In this document: one piece after another, positions 28,527-38,403 of the stretch
Numbering within the stretch: position 1 is the first letter of the stretch
Layout: the number at the start of each line of letters is the position of its first letter
IMG/VR virus record: IMGVR_UViG_3300011113_000621
Location: 1-64,000 of that record
Source of the DNA: a virus
Length of the DNA: 64,000 nt
Reading direction: 5' to 3' (one strand)
Notes under the pieces: model-generated
What the model saw: only the letters and a program-made list of their open reading frames with translations
Told to the model about the DNA's origin: nothing
Databases searched by the model: none
Program-made: the position numbers and the translations under genes

Positions 28527-29939
28527 CTATCCTAGCCAAGCTGAGCGATAATACACCGTAAGTACCGCCTCGCTTGTCGCATCTCCGTCATCCTCGAAAG
28601 ATATTACATTATCTCCAGGCGCAAGAAGAATCCACTCTGCAAGAACATCAATTAAGTTGCGCTTACCTACCGCGTCACCATCAAGTGATACCTCGTGCTC
28701 TAAGGTATCAATCTCTAAAATTTCACCTGCGCCTATTGATTCGATGATAGTTATAGACTCATTTGTTGTCTCGTTAATTATTTCAGCAGGGCCAGTAACA
28801 GGTCCCGCAATTGAAAGAACAACTGGAGCATAGGCATTACCGGTGTTTGTTATTGTAGCCTTTCCGGTAGCTGAAGTAGACGTATTCTTTCCTGGAATTA
28901 TCGTTGAGCGATAACCAAGCTCGTGACCTGCAAACCACTCATACTTTAAGGGGTCTGGTGCCCTTAATCCGATAGAGAACTCTGTGCGACCGCGTTCGTT
29001 TACCGTGTTTATCTCTGGGCGCCCTGAAAGTCGAACGTAGGACGCCTTAGTGGGGTCCTCGTTTGTCTTTAACCAGTCACCCACGTAAACAAGATCGGTG
29101 TTTGTGATTAACTTGTCACGCGCTATCTTTACGTAACTTGGACTTGGTGGCAAGAAGACTCCATTAAGTGTAATTTGTCTTGCCGCATATCTTCCGCGTA
29201 CATCATATGAGCCGTCTCCCCAGCCGCGAGGAATATCCTCAATATCTGGCTCTGGATGATTCCACCAGCCTTCAATGTCGGTGCAAATCCAAACTACGCC
29301 GTCCTCGTCAATGGTGTTAAGAACAAGTGAGCCAATGCTTACGTCCGCACTTAACTTTAGCCCCGTGATCTTTGGATACGGAACAGGACGAAAGGCTTGA
29401 TTTACCTTTTGAGTTTCCTGAGCTTGATTTGGCTCATCTACGTACTCGTTAAGATACGTTGCCTGCTCAAATAACACGGCATCTACTAAGAATTTTTGCC
29501 CCGCTGAGCCAGATGTAGGTTGAACAATTCTAACGAGCGCACTTAACGCACCGGAAGGCGCGGTAAATACTCCGGTAAGTCTTACCCAATCATCTCCGCC
29601 AATAACCTCAAGTTGAACTGAGTTTGATGTTGATATTACTGATCCTGCGGTAGCAGAGTCGTACCAAATAACGTCAGCTGATAAAGTTCCTGTTTGAGCT
29701 GCAGCAGGTATCTTTACATACGCTCCTAAGGCGTATGAAAGTCCTGCGGTAACAAGAATACGACTTGCAGTTACCACTCCTGAGTTTGAGGCTGCTGCTT
29801 TAGTAACCTCTAAACAAGATGATCCGTAAAAATACTCAGTTGTCATACGTGTGATTGTGCTTGAACCTGTAGCAGACCAGCCTGTCGTATCAGTCTTAAA
29901 TGACGGATTTACAATTAAGTTATTTCTTTGTGCCATCAT
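28527..29939 (-). CDS. Distal tail (Dit)-like protein with N-terminal carbohydrate-binding module
   Basis: NLIVNPSF....GW CBM-like N-terminus; G.W..P...R..GDG, R.ITL.G, APDPLKY, LAPGDN.I; follows the tape measure. Confidence 0.75.
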   Translation of the reverse strand: MMAQRNNLIVNPSFKTDTTGWSATGSSTITRMTTEYFYGSSCLEVTKAAASNSGVVTASRILVTAGLSYALGAYVKIPAAAQTGTLSADVIWYDSATAGSVISTSNSVQLEVIGGDDWVRLTGVFTAPSGALSALVRIVQPTSGSAGQKFLVDAVLFEQATYLNEYVDEPNQAQETQKVNQAFRPVPYPKITGLKLSADVSIGSLVLNTIDEDGVVWICTDIEGWWNHPEPDIEDIPRGWGDGSYDVRGRYAARQITLNGVFLPPSPSYVKIARDKLITNTDLVYVGDWLKTNEDPTKASYVRLSGRPEINTVNERGRTEFSIGLRAPDPLKYEWFAGHELGYRSTIIPGKNTSTSATGKATITNTGNAYAPVVLSIAGPVTGPAEIINETTNESITIIESIGAGEILEIDTLEHEVSLDGDAVGKRNLIDVLAEWILLAPGDNVISFEDDGDATSEAVLTVYYRSAWLG

Positions 29940-32900
29940 GCGCCTCCGCGACGTAGTCTAAATGCAAGTGTGCGGTCAATCATCGCCGCAAGTTCTGTCT
30001 CGTTCATTCCAGCAGATGGATACACATTTATAATATTTGCAGGGCCACCGTTTCCTGCTAGTTGAGCTACGATTGCGCGGTCACGGCGCGATAAACCTTG
30101 ACTATCAAGTGGCTCAATACGCTCAGGGCGACCAGCCTCAGCGACACGAACTATTGCTCCTCCTGGTTGAGGTTGAATGACTCCGCCTTCTGCAAAACCA
30201 GGGATTGGAGGAATAGCAAAACCTCTACCGCCAAATTTTGGTACCCAGTCAGGAACTGTAAACTTGATCTTTGCAAAGGTAGCGTTCCATAGTCTTGCTA
30301 TAGATGAAAACACGCGCTCGGCGCCGCTTAGTATCGAGTTAAATAGCGGGATCTTACTTAGTGCGTCCTTTGCTGCGTTGAATATACCTACCCATCCGTT
30401 GACAATAAACTTACCAAGAGCAGAGAATATCGTCTTAAGACCTTCAATCGGGTTTCCTGTGAGGATCTGCCAAAAGCCTTTAAGAACTCTTACACCAAGT
30501 GCGATGTACTCAGCAAACACCTTTATTGCTGCTACAAACACAAACTGGAATAATGGAACTATGTATGTTCCGATAAAGTCACCAATCTTCTTAAATACTT
30601 CTCCAATACCTTCTAGTCCTGGCTTTAACTCTTCAAACGCTGCCTTGATTGTATCAAATGCCTCTTTTAGTGCTGTTCCTACAGCGTCAATTAACTTTGC
30701 AACGGATTCTCTAAATATCTCGCTTTTAGTGTAGGCAATAACTATCACCGCAACAACTGCGGCTATTGCAGCAGCTATTGCAATTAAAGGAGCAAGTCCA
30801 ATGTTAAGTATGATTGTCAGTGCACCAAATGTACCTTTAATAAGCTGTATCGCTAAACCTAGTTTCTTGAACACTCCAACTACTGTAAGTATTGTTCCAC
30901 TAACTATAAAGAATCCAAGCTTTACTACACCTATGATAAGACCTAACGCGGAGAAGAACGCAAGAATGCGAGCGCCAGTGTCAAATAACTTCTTTATGGC
31001 AGGATCAGATAGTATGTTAACTACTGCACTAAGAGCGGTGTTAAGAGTATTAAAGAACGTTTGTATTGCACCGGAAGATAGCGTCACCTCTAGGAACTTT
31101 GTTAACGTGACAAGAAATTCTGCAAAGGCAGGACCTGCTGAGTTTAGTCCAGTAAGAATATTGCCAAATGAAGGAGCTGCCTGTTTTAAGGTGTCCCAAA
31201 ACTTGCCTACGTTTGGATCTGCTCCTGCCTTTAGGATCTCCTTGATAAAGGCTCCTATTGAGGAAAGCGCCTTTGTTGCATTTATCGTAGTCTCTCTTAG
31301 CCAGTCGGCTCCTGCTGGTTTTTCAAAGAATTTCTCAAACCCTGCGGTAACCTCAGTCAACCAATCAATGATTAGATATCCGCCACCTCCTGGCGTAAAC
31401 GCTGCACTAATTAGATTAACTATACCACTTACAGCATTTCCAAATATTCCACCGATACTTGCAGCTATGTCACCATACTTCTTAAAGAAGGCATCAAGTT
31501 CTCCAGATGCCTGTTTTGTATCTAGGAACTTGGCAAACTCGCCTGTCTTCTTCTCAAGGAAGTCAACAAACCTTCTCGTTTGAGAGTCTGCTCCAACAAG
31601 AAGTGAAAGAATAGAGTCGTATACGTTTCCAAAAATCTTTCCAAATCCTTCAACAACATACCCTGCTGTATCAAACACTTTAGCAAGATCTAGTTTATTT
31701 TCAAGATCTAGTATCGAGTCAACAATGCTATTAAACGCCTTTGCAACACTTTGTGCAAGATTAAAGAATAATGGCTCAAGTTGAGGGAAAAGCTCGTCTT
31801 TTAGTCTTCTTAGTCCATCTTCAAGACCTGGAAAAAGGCCTGCCGCTGCCGCGTCTCTTAATCTTTTTAACGCAGGCGCAAATTCATTTACTATAAACTT
31901 TACAAAGTCCTGCGCTGCCTTTGAGAGACCGCTGAGCGCATCGGCATAAGCGTCTGCACCAGCTGCACCAGACCCTGCGTCCTTAGCCTCCTCCTGAGCG
32001 CGTAACGCATCTCGCTCTGCACGTGCCTTTGCCTTTGCCGCCTGTTGAACGCTCTTAAATGCATCTTGCGCGGTGTCTGTTGCTGAGATAAGACGCAGTA
32101 ACCCTTCGTCTTGCACATCTGGAAAAGTTGCCTTTGCAACATCTAGAAGCTCGTCACTAACACTCTTGCTTTTTTCTACAAGGTCACTTTGTTGCTGTTG
32201 CAAGTCTTTGTTGCGGTCCTTAGACTTTCTGTAGTTTAACTCTGCCTCAGCAAATGCAAGTTGTGCCTCTCGACGAGCACGTGAGTTTGGTGGCAGGTCT
32301 TGAACACGCGCTAAGGTTTCGCGTGCCTTTTCAAGCTCAATTGCAGCTTTCTTTTCATTGATTGCTGCATCCTCTGCGTCAAATCCAAGTTGCTGCAGCT
32401 CTTCACGACCATCTTTAAGAGCTTCATTAAGATCTTTTTGTGCCTCAGTAAGTCTTTCATCTGCGTCTACAAGATTTTCTTGCGCTGCCTCTAGTCTACG
32501 TAGCGCTGCAATCTTAGCAGTGGCATCCGCTTTTGCGCCAGCTGATGATTTTTTAAGTCCTGCAGATATGGCATTACTTACACCTGAGAATGCAGCAGCA
32601 GTCACAAGTGCAGCCAGTCCTAAGGAGGTGAATATGCCAAGAAGAGAAGTTAATGAAGGTATTAGTGCTCCCGCTGCTGCGACTAAAGATAAGAATCCAC
32701 CAGCCAATGAACCAACAGAGGACACAAGTATAGATAGGGCAGGTCCTAAAGTATATCCAGTTCTAATAAGACTTTGAAAACTTCTTCGCGCAGCTAGTGC
32801 CTTTGAAGAAAAATCAGAAAAAGATCTTATTAAATTCTTTCCCATACCATCAGAGAAGCCATTAGAAAAAGTTTGTCCGATTCTGCGTCCATCACGATCT

Positions 32901-32992
32901 AAGTTTATGTTTTTAGCCGCATCGCGAACTTCTTTTTCAAATCCTGTTGTAATTGCACGAACAACAACGTAAGCATCACCTACTATTGCCAT
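29936..32992 (-). CDS. Tape measure protein
   Basis: 1018 aa, helical and Ala/Gly-rich; starts MAIVGDAYVVV; ends GFAEGGVI...VAEAGRPE; follows the chaperone pair. Confidence 0.9.
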   Translation of the reverse strand: MAIVGDAYVVVRAITTGFEKEVRDAAKNINLDRDGRRIGQTFSNGFSDGMGKNLIRSFSDFSSKALAARRSFQSLIRTGYTLGPALSILVSSVGSLAGGFLSLVAAAGALIPSLTSLLGIFTSLGLAALVTAAAFSGVSNAISAGLKKSSAGAKADATAKIAALRRLEAAQENLVDADERLTEAQKDLNEALKDGREELQQLGFDAEDAAINEKKAAIELEKARETLARVQDLPPNSRARREAQLAFAEAELNYRKSKDRNKDLQQQQSDLVEKSKSVSDELLDVAKATFPDVQDEGLLRLISATDTAQDAFKSVQQAAKAKARAERDALRAQEEAKDAGSGAAGADAYADALSGLSKAAQDFVKFIVNEFAPALKRLRDAAAAGLFPGLEDGLRRLKDELFPQLEPLFFNLAQSVAKAFNSIVDSILDLENKLDLAKVFDTAGYVVEGFGKIFGNVYDSILSLLVGADSQTRRFVDFLEKKTGEFAKFLDTKQASGELDAFFKKYGDIAASIGGIFGNAVSGIVNLISAAFTPGGGGYLIIDWLTEVTAGFEKFFEKPAGADWLRETTINATKALSSIGAFIKEILKAGADPNVGKFWDTLKQAAPSFGNILTGLNSAGPAFAEFLVTLTKFLEVTLSSGAIQTFFNTLNTALSAVVNILSDPAIKKLFDTGARILAFFSALGLIIGVVKLGFFIVSGTILTVVGVFKKLGLAIQLIKGTFGALTIILNIGLAPLIAIAAAIAAVVAVIVIAYTKSEIFRESVAKLIDAVGTALKEAFDTIKAAFEELKPGLEGIGEVFKKIGDFIGTYIVPLFQFVFVAAIKVFAEYIALGVRVLKGFWQILTGNPIEGLKTIFSALGKFIVNGWVGIFNAAKDALSKIPLFNSILSGAERVFSSIARLWNATFAKIKFTVPDWVPKFGGRGFAIPPIPGFAEGGVIQPQPGGAIVRVAEAGRPERIEPLDSQGLSRRDRAIVAQLAGNGGPANIINVYPSAGMNETELAAMIDRTLAFRLRRGGA

Positions 32993-33026
32993 ATATTCAC
33001 CTCCCTTCTTTTAATTTTCATTGCTT

Positions 33027-33455
33027 TTAGCCTAACGGTCCTTCTAATGCAGAGCCAAATGGTAAAGTTGATTTAGCATTAACTGGCGTTGGCGGTACGA
33101 AAGGCTTGGTTGGTTTGCTCTTTTGAAGTGGATCAAAAGGAACAATCGCCTCTTCAGCTATATCAAAATTCTTTGAGGTCACTCCAGATGAGCTTGCAGA
33201 ATTTCCAGTTGCAACTGCATACGCGTATTCTGACTCATAGAATTGTTGATATATCTGTTGACGTGCACGGTCACGTCCCTCCGCCTGCTCTGCAGACGAA
33301 TAGAACATGTCCTCTTCAAAGAAGTAGTGAATCACATCAAGCATGTCACGTGATTCCATCTCTGAGAGTCTGATTCCGTTCACGATAGCCTTTCCATTAA
33401 CATAGGGCCAGAGATCTACGCACCAGTGGAGGAGACTTCTGGCCCCTCGGTAGGG
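33027..33455 (-). CDS. Tail assembly chaperone, -1 frameshift extension
   Basis: The -1 frame is open from CCC TAC at 33455 (YRGARSLLHWCVDLWPYVNG...) into the listed 33027..33383 ORF. Confidence 0.7.
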   Translation of the reverse strand, partial: PYRGARSLLHWCVDLWPYVNGKAIVNGIRLSEMESRDMLDVIHYFFEEDMFYSSAEQAEGRDRARQQIYQQFYESEYAYAVATGNSASSSGVTSKNFDIAEEAIVPFDPLQKSKPTKPFVPPTPVNAKSTLPFGSALEGPLG

Positions 33456-33766
33456 CGCGCTGTATACACCTCAACAAGCCAGGCGCTAATTTGCCCAAGA
33501 GTATCAACTGAAACAATCTTGTCTGGGTCTGTTAAAAGTGTATTAAAGCGTGAGTAGCTTTCATCAACTAGAACATTTTTAAAGAAGTCGCTAATTGTTT
33601 TTGCCGCGTCAGCTGGATCATCTCCACTTGAACGAGCAACTAAGTCTAAAAGTACCTTACCTTGCAACTCTGGACGACAATTAAATGTCTCTCCATAGAT
33701 CATAAACTCTACTGGTTCTTTTTCTCCAGCTTGTGTTCCTGAACCGAAGTCCTTGAACTTTGCCAT
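33416..33766 (-). CDS. Tail assembly chaperone
   Basis: Upstream of the tape measure; ends W.VEVYTARPT. Confidence 0.8.
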   Translation of the reverse strand: MAKFKDFGSGTQAGEKEPVEFMIYGETFNCRPELQGKVLLDLVARSSGDDPADAAKTISDFFKNVLVDESYSRFNTLLTDPDKIVSVDTLGQISAWLVEVYTARPTEGPEVSSTGA

Positions 33767-33824
33767 ATCTTTCTTCCTCCGTATTATGTTAGTGTCTTTA
33801 TTAAGACGTGTGCCTTAACTCTAG

Positions 33825-34355
33825 TTATCTTATCAAGTAAAGATTATCGGTGAGGTACTTATTAGGTTTTGTTCCAGGGTGTCTTACTACGCGAGTATAC
33901 ACGATCCTTCCCCTTGCAGAAAAACGAAGTGTCTCTGCTCTACGAGGAACTATTATGTGCGGGCGTGCTCCTTCGTGATGTACTAAAGCGTAGTTTAGAG
34001 GTGACCCTATCTTTACCTGTTGCCCAGGACCTCTACGACTATGCTCTATTTCAAGTGAAGCTTTTAATTTTCCAGTTTTTACGCCTACTTGAGATCTTGC
34101 AGCTATAAGAACTCGTAGTCCACGTCCGTATAGATATCTTCCTACAGGTCCAGAAGGACTATTTAAGAATTTATCTAATACTGGACGACGAAAAACTATT
34201 CCTGCAAATGATAAGCTAATGCGAGTCCCTGCGCGTCCACCACCACCAAAGGCAGAGCGAAATTGCCTTGGACTATTTAATCTTCTTCCTCTACGAGCAA
34301 TCCTTTGTCCAAAATAAAGTATAGGACTGTCATTTATTAGCCCGAATAGTGGCAT
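33825..34355 (-). CDS. HK97 gp10-like tail-completion/neck protein
   Basis: VKTGKLKASL, YAL.HHEGARPH.I.P...LRF...V.HPGT.PN.YL. Confidence 0.7.
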   Translation of the reverse strand: MPLFGLINDSPILYFGQRIARRGRRLNSPRQFRSAFGGGGRAGTRISLSFAGIVFRRPVLDKFLNSPSGPVGRYLYGRGLRVLIAARSQVGVKTGKLKASLEIEHSRRGPGQQVKIGSPLNYALVHHEGARPHIIVPRRAETLRFSARGRIVYTRVVRHPGTKPNKYLTDNLYLIR

Positions 34356-34867
34356 TATGGCACCGCTATCGTAAGTTGCATTGCAGTTGTTTGAAAACCA
34401 CCATCAAAACCTGTAGAGTCAGCTGTTGCAATTACGCCAAGGCCAAAGTCTCCCTCTTCTTCCTTCCACTGATCTAACTTGTTAATAAGTTCCATAAACA
34501 TCCATGCGTCAACCGCTGCAATCTCAGATGCTTCTTGAATCTTTTCTCCGGTCGGAGCTTTTCCATTTACTCCAACTACAGGGATCTCTCTTGATATTGA
34601 AATTGTTAAAACTGCTGAGCGTGGCATTTGGCAGCGTTGCGGCTCACTTGCCTCATCTCCAGGCCGACCAAGATACACTTGAATAAATGAAACTACAAGT
34701 TGCTCACAGTCAATCGCAGGCTCACCCATCGTCCAAAACTGTCTGCTTGGCAAAGGTACGTTGTATTCCTCGTAGACCTCTATGACCTTTTCAAGAACTT
34801 TGTCAAGAAGTGTTTTTAGATTTAATGCCCTTGAGTCTACTGTCGATACGTCTATTAGTCTTCCCAC
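34355..34867 (-). CDS. Tail terminator / head-tail joining protein
   Basis: Position in the neck operon; DCEQL.V motif. Confidence 0.55.
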   Translation of the reverse strand: MGRLIDVSTVDSRALNLKTLLDKVLEKVIEVYEEYNVPLPSRQFWTMGEPAIDCEQLVVSFIQVYLGRPGDEASEPQRCQMPRSAVLTISISREIPVVGVNGKAPTGEKIQEASEIAAVDAWMFMELINKLDQWKEEEGDFGLGVIATADSTGFDGGFQTTAMQLTIAVP

Positions 34868-34869
34868 GT

Positions 34870-36264
34870 CTATTCTCCGATGTTATAGGTAGGAATAACT
34901 TCTTTACCAAGACGAAGTGCAAGGTTTCCTGAGGCAATATACACTGTCTCGATCTCTCCCGCGTTTAATGGATCTGGCCGTGATGCGTATAGGTCCCATG
35001 TACCAGGATCAACAAATCCTACGTATGCATAGGCATCATCATATGAGACAGTTAAGGTGATACTGTCGCGAGTTTCATTGGTAACTGTAGCAGTTCCGGT
35101 GTCAGCGCCATATGCAACGTCATCATATCCTTGACGTGCATAGGTAAAGGCCGTAGACGAAGGAACGTCAACTATGTAGTAGCTGCCATTAAACGTAGAG
35201 TTAATGCCTGCAACAGTAACAAGATCACCCTCTACAAATCCGTGAGCGGCAGTGGTTGTAATCGTAACAATACCATCGGTAAGTTGCTTATAAGCTACGT
35301 TTCTTGTAACGTCACTCACTATTGGATCATTTAGTTGAACCGCTCCAGTAGAAAGTTCCTTTGTCTTTGTTCCTGTGTAGTTTGCAATCTTAAGCATTGG
35401 AACCCACGTATCATCGCTTGCAAGAAATCCTGCGTTGATGTAGTCAAGGTTAACGTCTAACGCGCCTCCCTCTGCTCCTGTGATATACATGTCTAAGACG
35501 CTTTGTCCAAGCGGTAAAGGCTTTGGCACCGTGCGACGAGCGCGTGGTACGTCTGGACTAAATACGCGTGCCTTAGCGCGAGCGCGATCTGGGTTTACGG
35601 ACTTAAGAAATAGATCAACGACATAAAGACCAGTTCTCATCTCTTCAATGAAGTCCTGGTTATCTAAAATTGTATAGTTAACACCTTGTCGTGAAACTGA
35701 CGTTACACGTTGAGGAAGAGCGCAGTCATCATCTCCAGACCATAGCTTTATAAACTCTGTAGCTAAAACACGAGCTGCTGCCTTACCTGACGCAGGAGGC
35801 GGAGCTCCATATGTATACGTAACCTCGATGTTGCAAGGAGCCCAGGAGGTTCCAGCCTTTGCTTGAATGGTAGAGTGATCAACTAGGTAGTAGTTAGCAG
35901 GATCAACGATCTTGCCTGCTCTATCACGTACTGAATGAATACGAACAACGGGTCTGCCACGAAGGCGAAGACGCGTTGACGGAGACATGCCGTCTGTAGT
36001 TATTTCTGCATAATCGTCAAACTCATCAAAAGGAATGTTATACACGTCTCCACCAACAAGCTCAGGTGTGTAATTTCGTGAAGATGCTCCAAGACGATAC
36101 GCACGAGACGCGCAGACGTAGCGCTCTGTTACAGTAGTTATTCCATTAAACTTACGACCAGACATGGACCAAAGAAGCTGAGATGCAACCTTAACGGCAT
36201 CATACGCATACTCGTCATCAGCGTAGCTATCGAGCTCATCTACTGTTACCCAAAGATTTGACAC
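34870..36264 (-). CDS. Head-to-tail adaptor with C-terminal beta-domain extension
   Basis: AS.LLW..SGR.F, VTYTYG.PPP..G..AA..LA.E, C.LP.RVTSVSRQGV, TGL..VD.F....NP. Confidence 0.75.
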   Translation of the reverse strand: MSNLWVTVDELDSYADDEYAYDAVKVASQLLWSMSGRKFNGITTVTERYVCASRAYRLGASSRNYTPELVGGDVYNIPFDEFDDYAEITTDGMSPSTRLRLRGRPVVRIHSVRDRAGKIVDPANYYLVDHSTIQAKAGTSWAPCNIEVTYTYGAPPPASGKAAARVLATEFIKLWSGDDDCALPQRVTSVSRQGVNYTILDNQDFIEEMRTGLYVVDLFLKSVNPDRARAKARVFSPDVPRARRTVPKPLPLGQSVLDMYITGAEGGALDVNLDYINAGFLASDDTWVPMLKIANYTGTKTKELSTGAVQLNDPIVSDVTRNVAYKQLTDGIVTITTTAAHGFVEGDLVTVAGINSTFNGSYYIVDVPSSTAFTYARQGYDDVAYGADTGTATVTNETRDSITLTVSYDDAYAYVGFVDPGTWDLYASRPDPLNAGEIETVYIASGNLALRLGKEVIPTYNIGE

Positions 36265-36299
36265 TCGTTATCCCGTCTACTCGTCATTATTATGAAGAC

Positions 36300-36343
36300 G
36301 AGCGACATGCCTGTGTAGGTGGTTACACGTTGGCATGTCGCTC
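36300..36343 (-). terminator. Stem-loop after the major tail gene
   Basis: 12-bp perfect arms gagcgacatgcc / ggcatgtcgctc. Confidence 0.6.
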
Positions 36344-36354
36344 TCTTGTTCTTA

Positions 36355-37401
36355 TTAGGAGGTTGGATCCTCTGTTGACGCGATGATAAAGTCAGTCGCG
36401 TTATCAGCGTTGTAGTTCTCGTTACCAGGGACGTTGTAAGCTGTTGTTGAGCCTTCGCTTGCAAAGTCGGTTACCGCACGGCCATTTGCAGAAACATCAG
36501 CTGTTCCTGAATCTGCCGTTGAGGCAATGGTTCCACTTGTTGACGTTGTATAGGTAAACGTTGTTGTTGTTGGAACAGACGCGATGGTGTATGTACCATT
36601 AAGCGCAGTTGTGGTAAGACCTGCCACGACGACCTCGTCTCCTGCCTCAAAGTTATGAGCAGCTGATGTAGTAAGTGTAGCAGTCGAGCTTGTGCGAGCA
36701 ACGTTATTAACAGATGCTGAGAGATCTCCATGCCATCTGTAGAAGCCTTTACGACCTGTTGGTGCCCAGCTTGAACGTGCATATGAGTATGGACGCTCTG
36801 TAGCTACTGGGAACTCCCAGCGCTCATCAAGACCATCACTAAAGTTAGTGTTTCCAAGGCCGTAACCTTCGAATGTAGTTGCAAGCATTCCGTTTTCAAT
36901 TACGCGATCTCCGCTTTGGCGAAGCTTTGCGTATGGGAATACCCAGTGGAAGTAAGGAAGTGTTGCAGCCTTCTTTCCATCAATGATTGCAAAGGACCAG
37001 CACTCAATCGCAACGCCGTTTCCAGCTGGGTCGTCGCCAGTTGCAGGAGAAGACCAACCGATTGACTTGCGATCTGGTGAAGCATATGTTCCGAGGTTCT
37101 TGCGAAGTAGTAAACCGCCAGAAATTAGCTGAGTAAGTTCTGGATCTGGTTCACAGATTGCAAGTTCCATTGTGATACGCTTTAGCGTATCAGGTGACTT
37201 GTAGGTAACGCAGACTGTTCCATCTGCGCCCTTCTCTGTCATTTCATCGCCTTCTTCGTACTCAGGCGTAAATGAAAGGCGTAAAAAGCCTGATGTGGTG
37301 TAGCTGTCACCGGCCGCGTTCAGGAGGTTACCAGACGCATCAAGACGAGTTACTCGAATTGACACGCCCTGAATGCTGGCGGCGTATTCTTGAGTTGCCA
37401 T
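36355..37401 (-). CDS. Major tail protein
   Basis: RVTRLD..G, PEYEEGDE...ADG.VC, C..DPEL, Y.HWVFP, IENG...TFEG; follows the capsid genes. Confidence 0.85.
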   Translation of the reverse strand: MATQEYAASIQGVSIRVTRLDASGNLLNAAGDSYTTSGFLRLSFTPEYEEGDEMTEKGADGTVCVTYKSPDTLKRITMELAICEPDPELTQLISGGLLLRKNLGTYASPDRKSIGWSSPATGDDPAGNGVAIECWSFAIIDGKKAATLPYFHWVFPYAKLRQSGDRVIENGMLATTFEGYGLGNTNFSDGLDERWEFPVATERPYSYARSSWAPTGRKGFYRWHGDLSASVNNVARTSSTATLTTSAAHNFEAGDEVVVAGLTTTALNGTYTIASVPTTTTFTYTTSTSGTIASTADSGTADVSANGRAVTDFASEGSTTAYNVPGNENYNADNATDFIIASTEDPTS

Positions 37402-37446
37402 GTTTTTTATTTTCTCCTTGTTTAGAAGCGGCTATCTAGAGCTATT

Positions 37447-38313
37447 CTATGCCGTTAGATCAACTCTGACTGCGAGATGAATGGACGGATCAAAGTATAC
37501 CGCAGCTGGGCGGATAGCCTTGAGACGTACACTATTTGCATTGTTCGACACGTCATAGCCCTGTGCTAGATTGTCGTTTACGACATCTGGCTTGCCAAGG
37601 TATACCTTGACTGTTCCAGTGGCGTACATCCATTTGTTTGCAGCTGTTGCGCTTTCTCCTGTAGCTCCGGTTGGGCCACTTCCTGGGTAGCCTGATCCAA
37701 TAATTACTGGAGTTCCTCCAACAGTCTGTAGGTGATCTCTATCACGAGTGTGATAGAAAAGGGCACCATCAGCAGCAAGAAGAGCTGCTACGTCGCGTGT
37801 CATGTGAATAACACCCTGCTCTCCCGCAGGCGAGTCAGTTCCAATTGTATGTTCAAGAAGGGCAATTGCACGGCGCGCAGATAAAGCAGTTCCTGAATTT
37901 AGAATTGTTGCAGAGGCATCAACCAATGCCTTATTGTCATGTGACTCACCGATTCTAATGGCTCCAGCCCATAATTCTTTTTCAAGTGCCTTCTGTGTTA
38001 CTCCTTCAAGTTGGCGAGTAATGCGGGCAATGCGATCAATTCCAGAAAAACCTAGTGTTGAGCGGGTCTCATCTACCTCAATAAAAAATGGTTTAATCTC
38101 GTCAAAATAGTTGACGGTAGGAGCAGAAATCTGCTCGCTTGTGCTGTCTGTATCATCGTAATTTGTAATAAATTGAGGTGTAGTTTCCCATTCCTGCGAG
38201 AAACCTCGTACCCATTTGTCCTCATCAACTGAGGTATCTGGCTTTACTACTGTGAGTAGGCCAAACATCGAAGGGATAATCTTCGGCGCCTCAAAAACTC
38301 CTGTGTAAGCCAT
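37447..38313 (-). CDS. Capsid decoration / minor capsid protein
   Basis: Immediately after the major capsid; GVIHM, T..GTPV..G.GY, WMYATG.V, typical of actinophage cement proteins. Confidence 0.65.
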   Translation of the reverse strand: MAYTGVFEAPKIIPSMFGLLTVVKPDTSVDEDKWVRGFSQEWETTPQFITNYDDTDSTSEQISAPTVNYFDEIKPFFIEVDETRSTLGFSGIDRIARITRQLEGVTQKALEKELWAGAIRIGESHDNKALVDASATILNSGTALSARRAIALLEHTIGTDSPAGEQGVIHMTRDVAALLAADGALFYHTRDRDHLQTVGGTPVIIGSGYPGSGPTGATGESATAANKWMYATGTVKVYLGKPDVVNDNLAQGYDVSNNANSVRLKAIRPAAVYFDPSIHLAVRVDLTA

Positions 38314-38359
38314 TATTGCTTTCCTAATCTAACTCTCGTTTTAATTACCTTTTCGTATT

Positions 38360-38385
38360 GGAGGCGCCCGCAAGCGAGCGCCTCC
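38360..38385 (-). terminator. GC-rich stem-loop after the major capsid gene
   Basis: ggaggcgc...gcgcctcc inverted repeat 18 nt past the stop; no U-tract. Confidence 0.45.
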
Positions 38386-38403
38386 TCAACGAAGTATCGA
38401 ATT

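Noticed and set aside
30098-32777. Long plus-strand ORFs (185, 260 and 139 aa), and similar ones at 16535, 50498 and 58132
   Set aside because: Antisense shadows of well-supported minus-strand genes, with no RBS or motifs.
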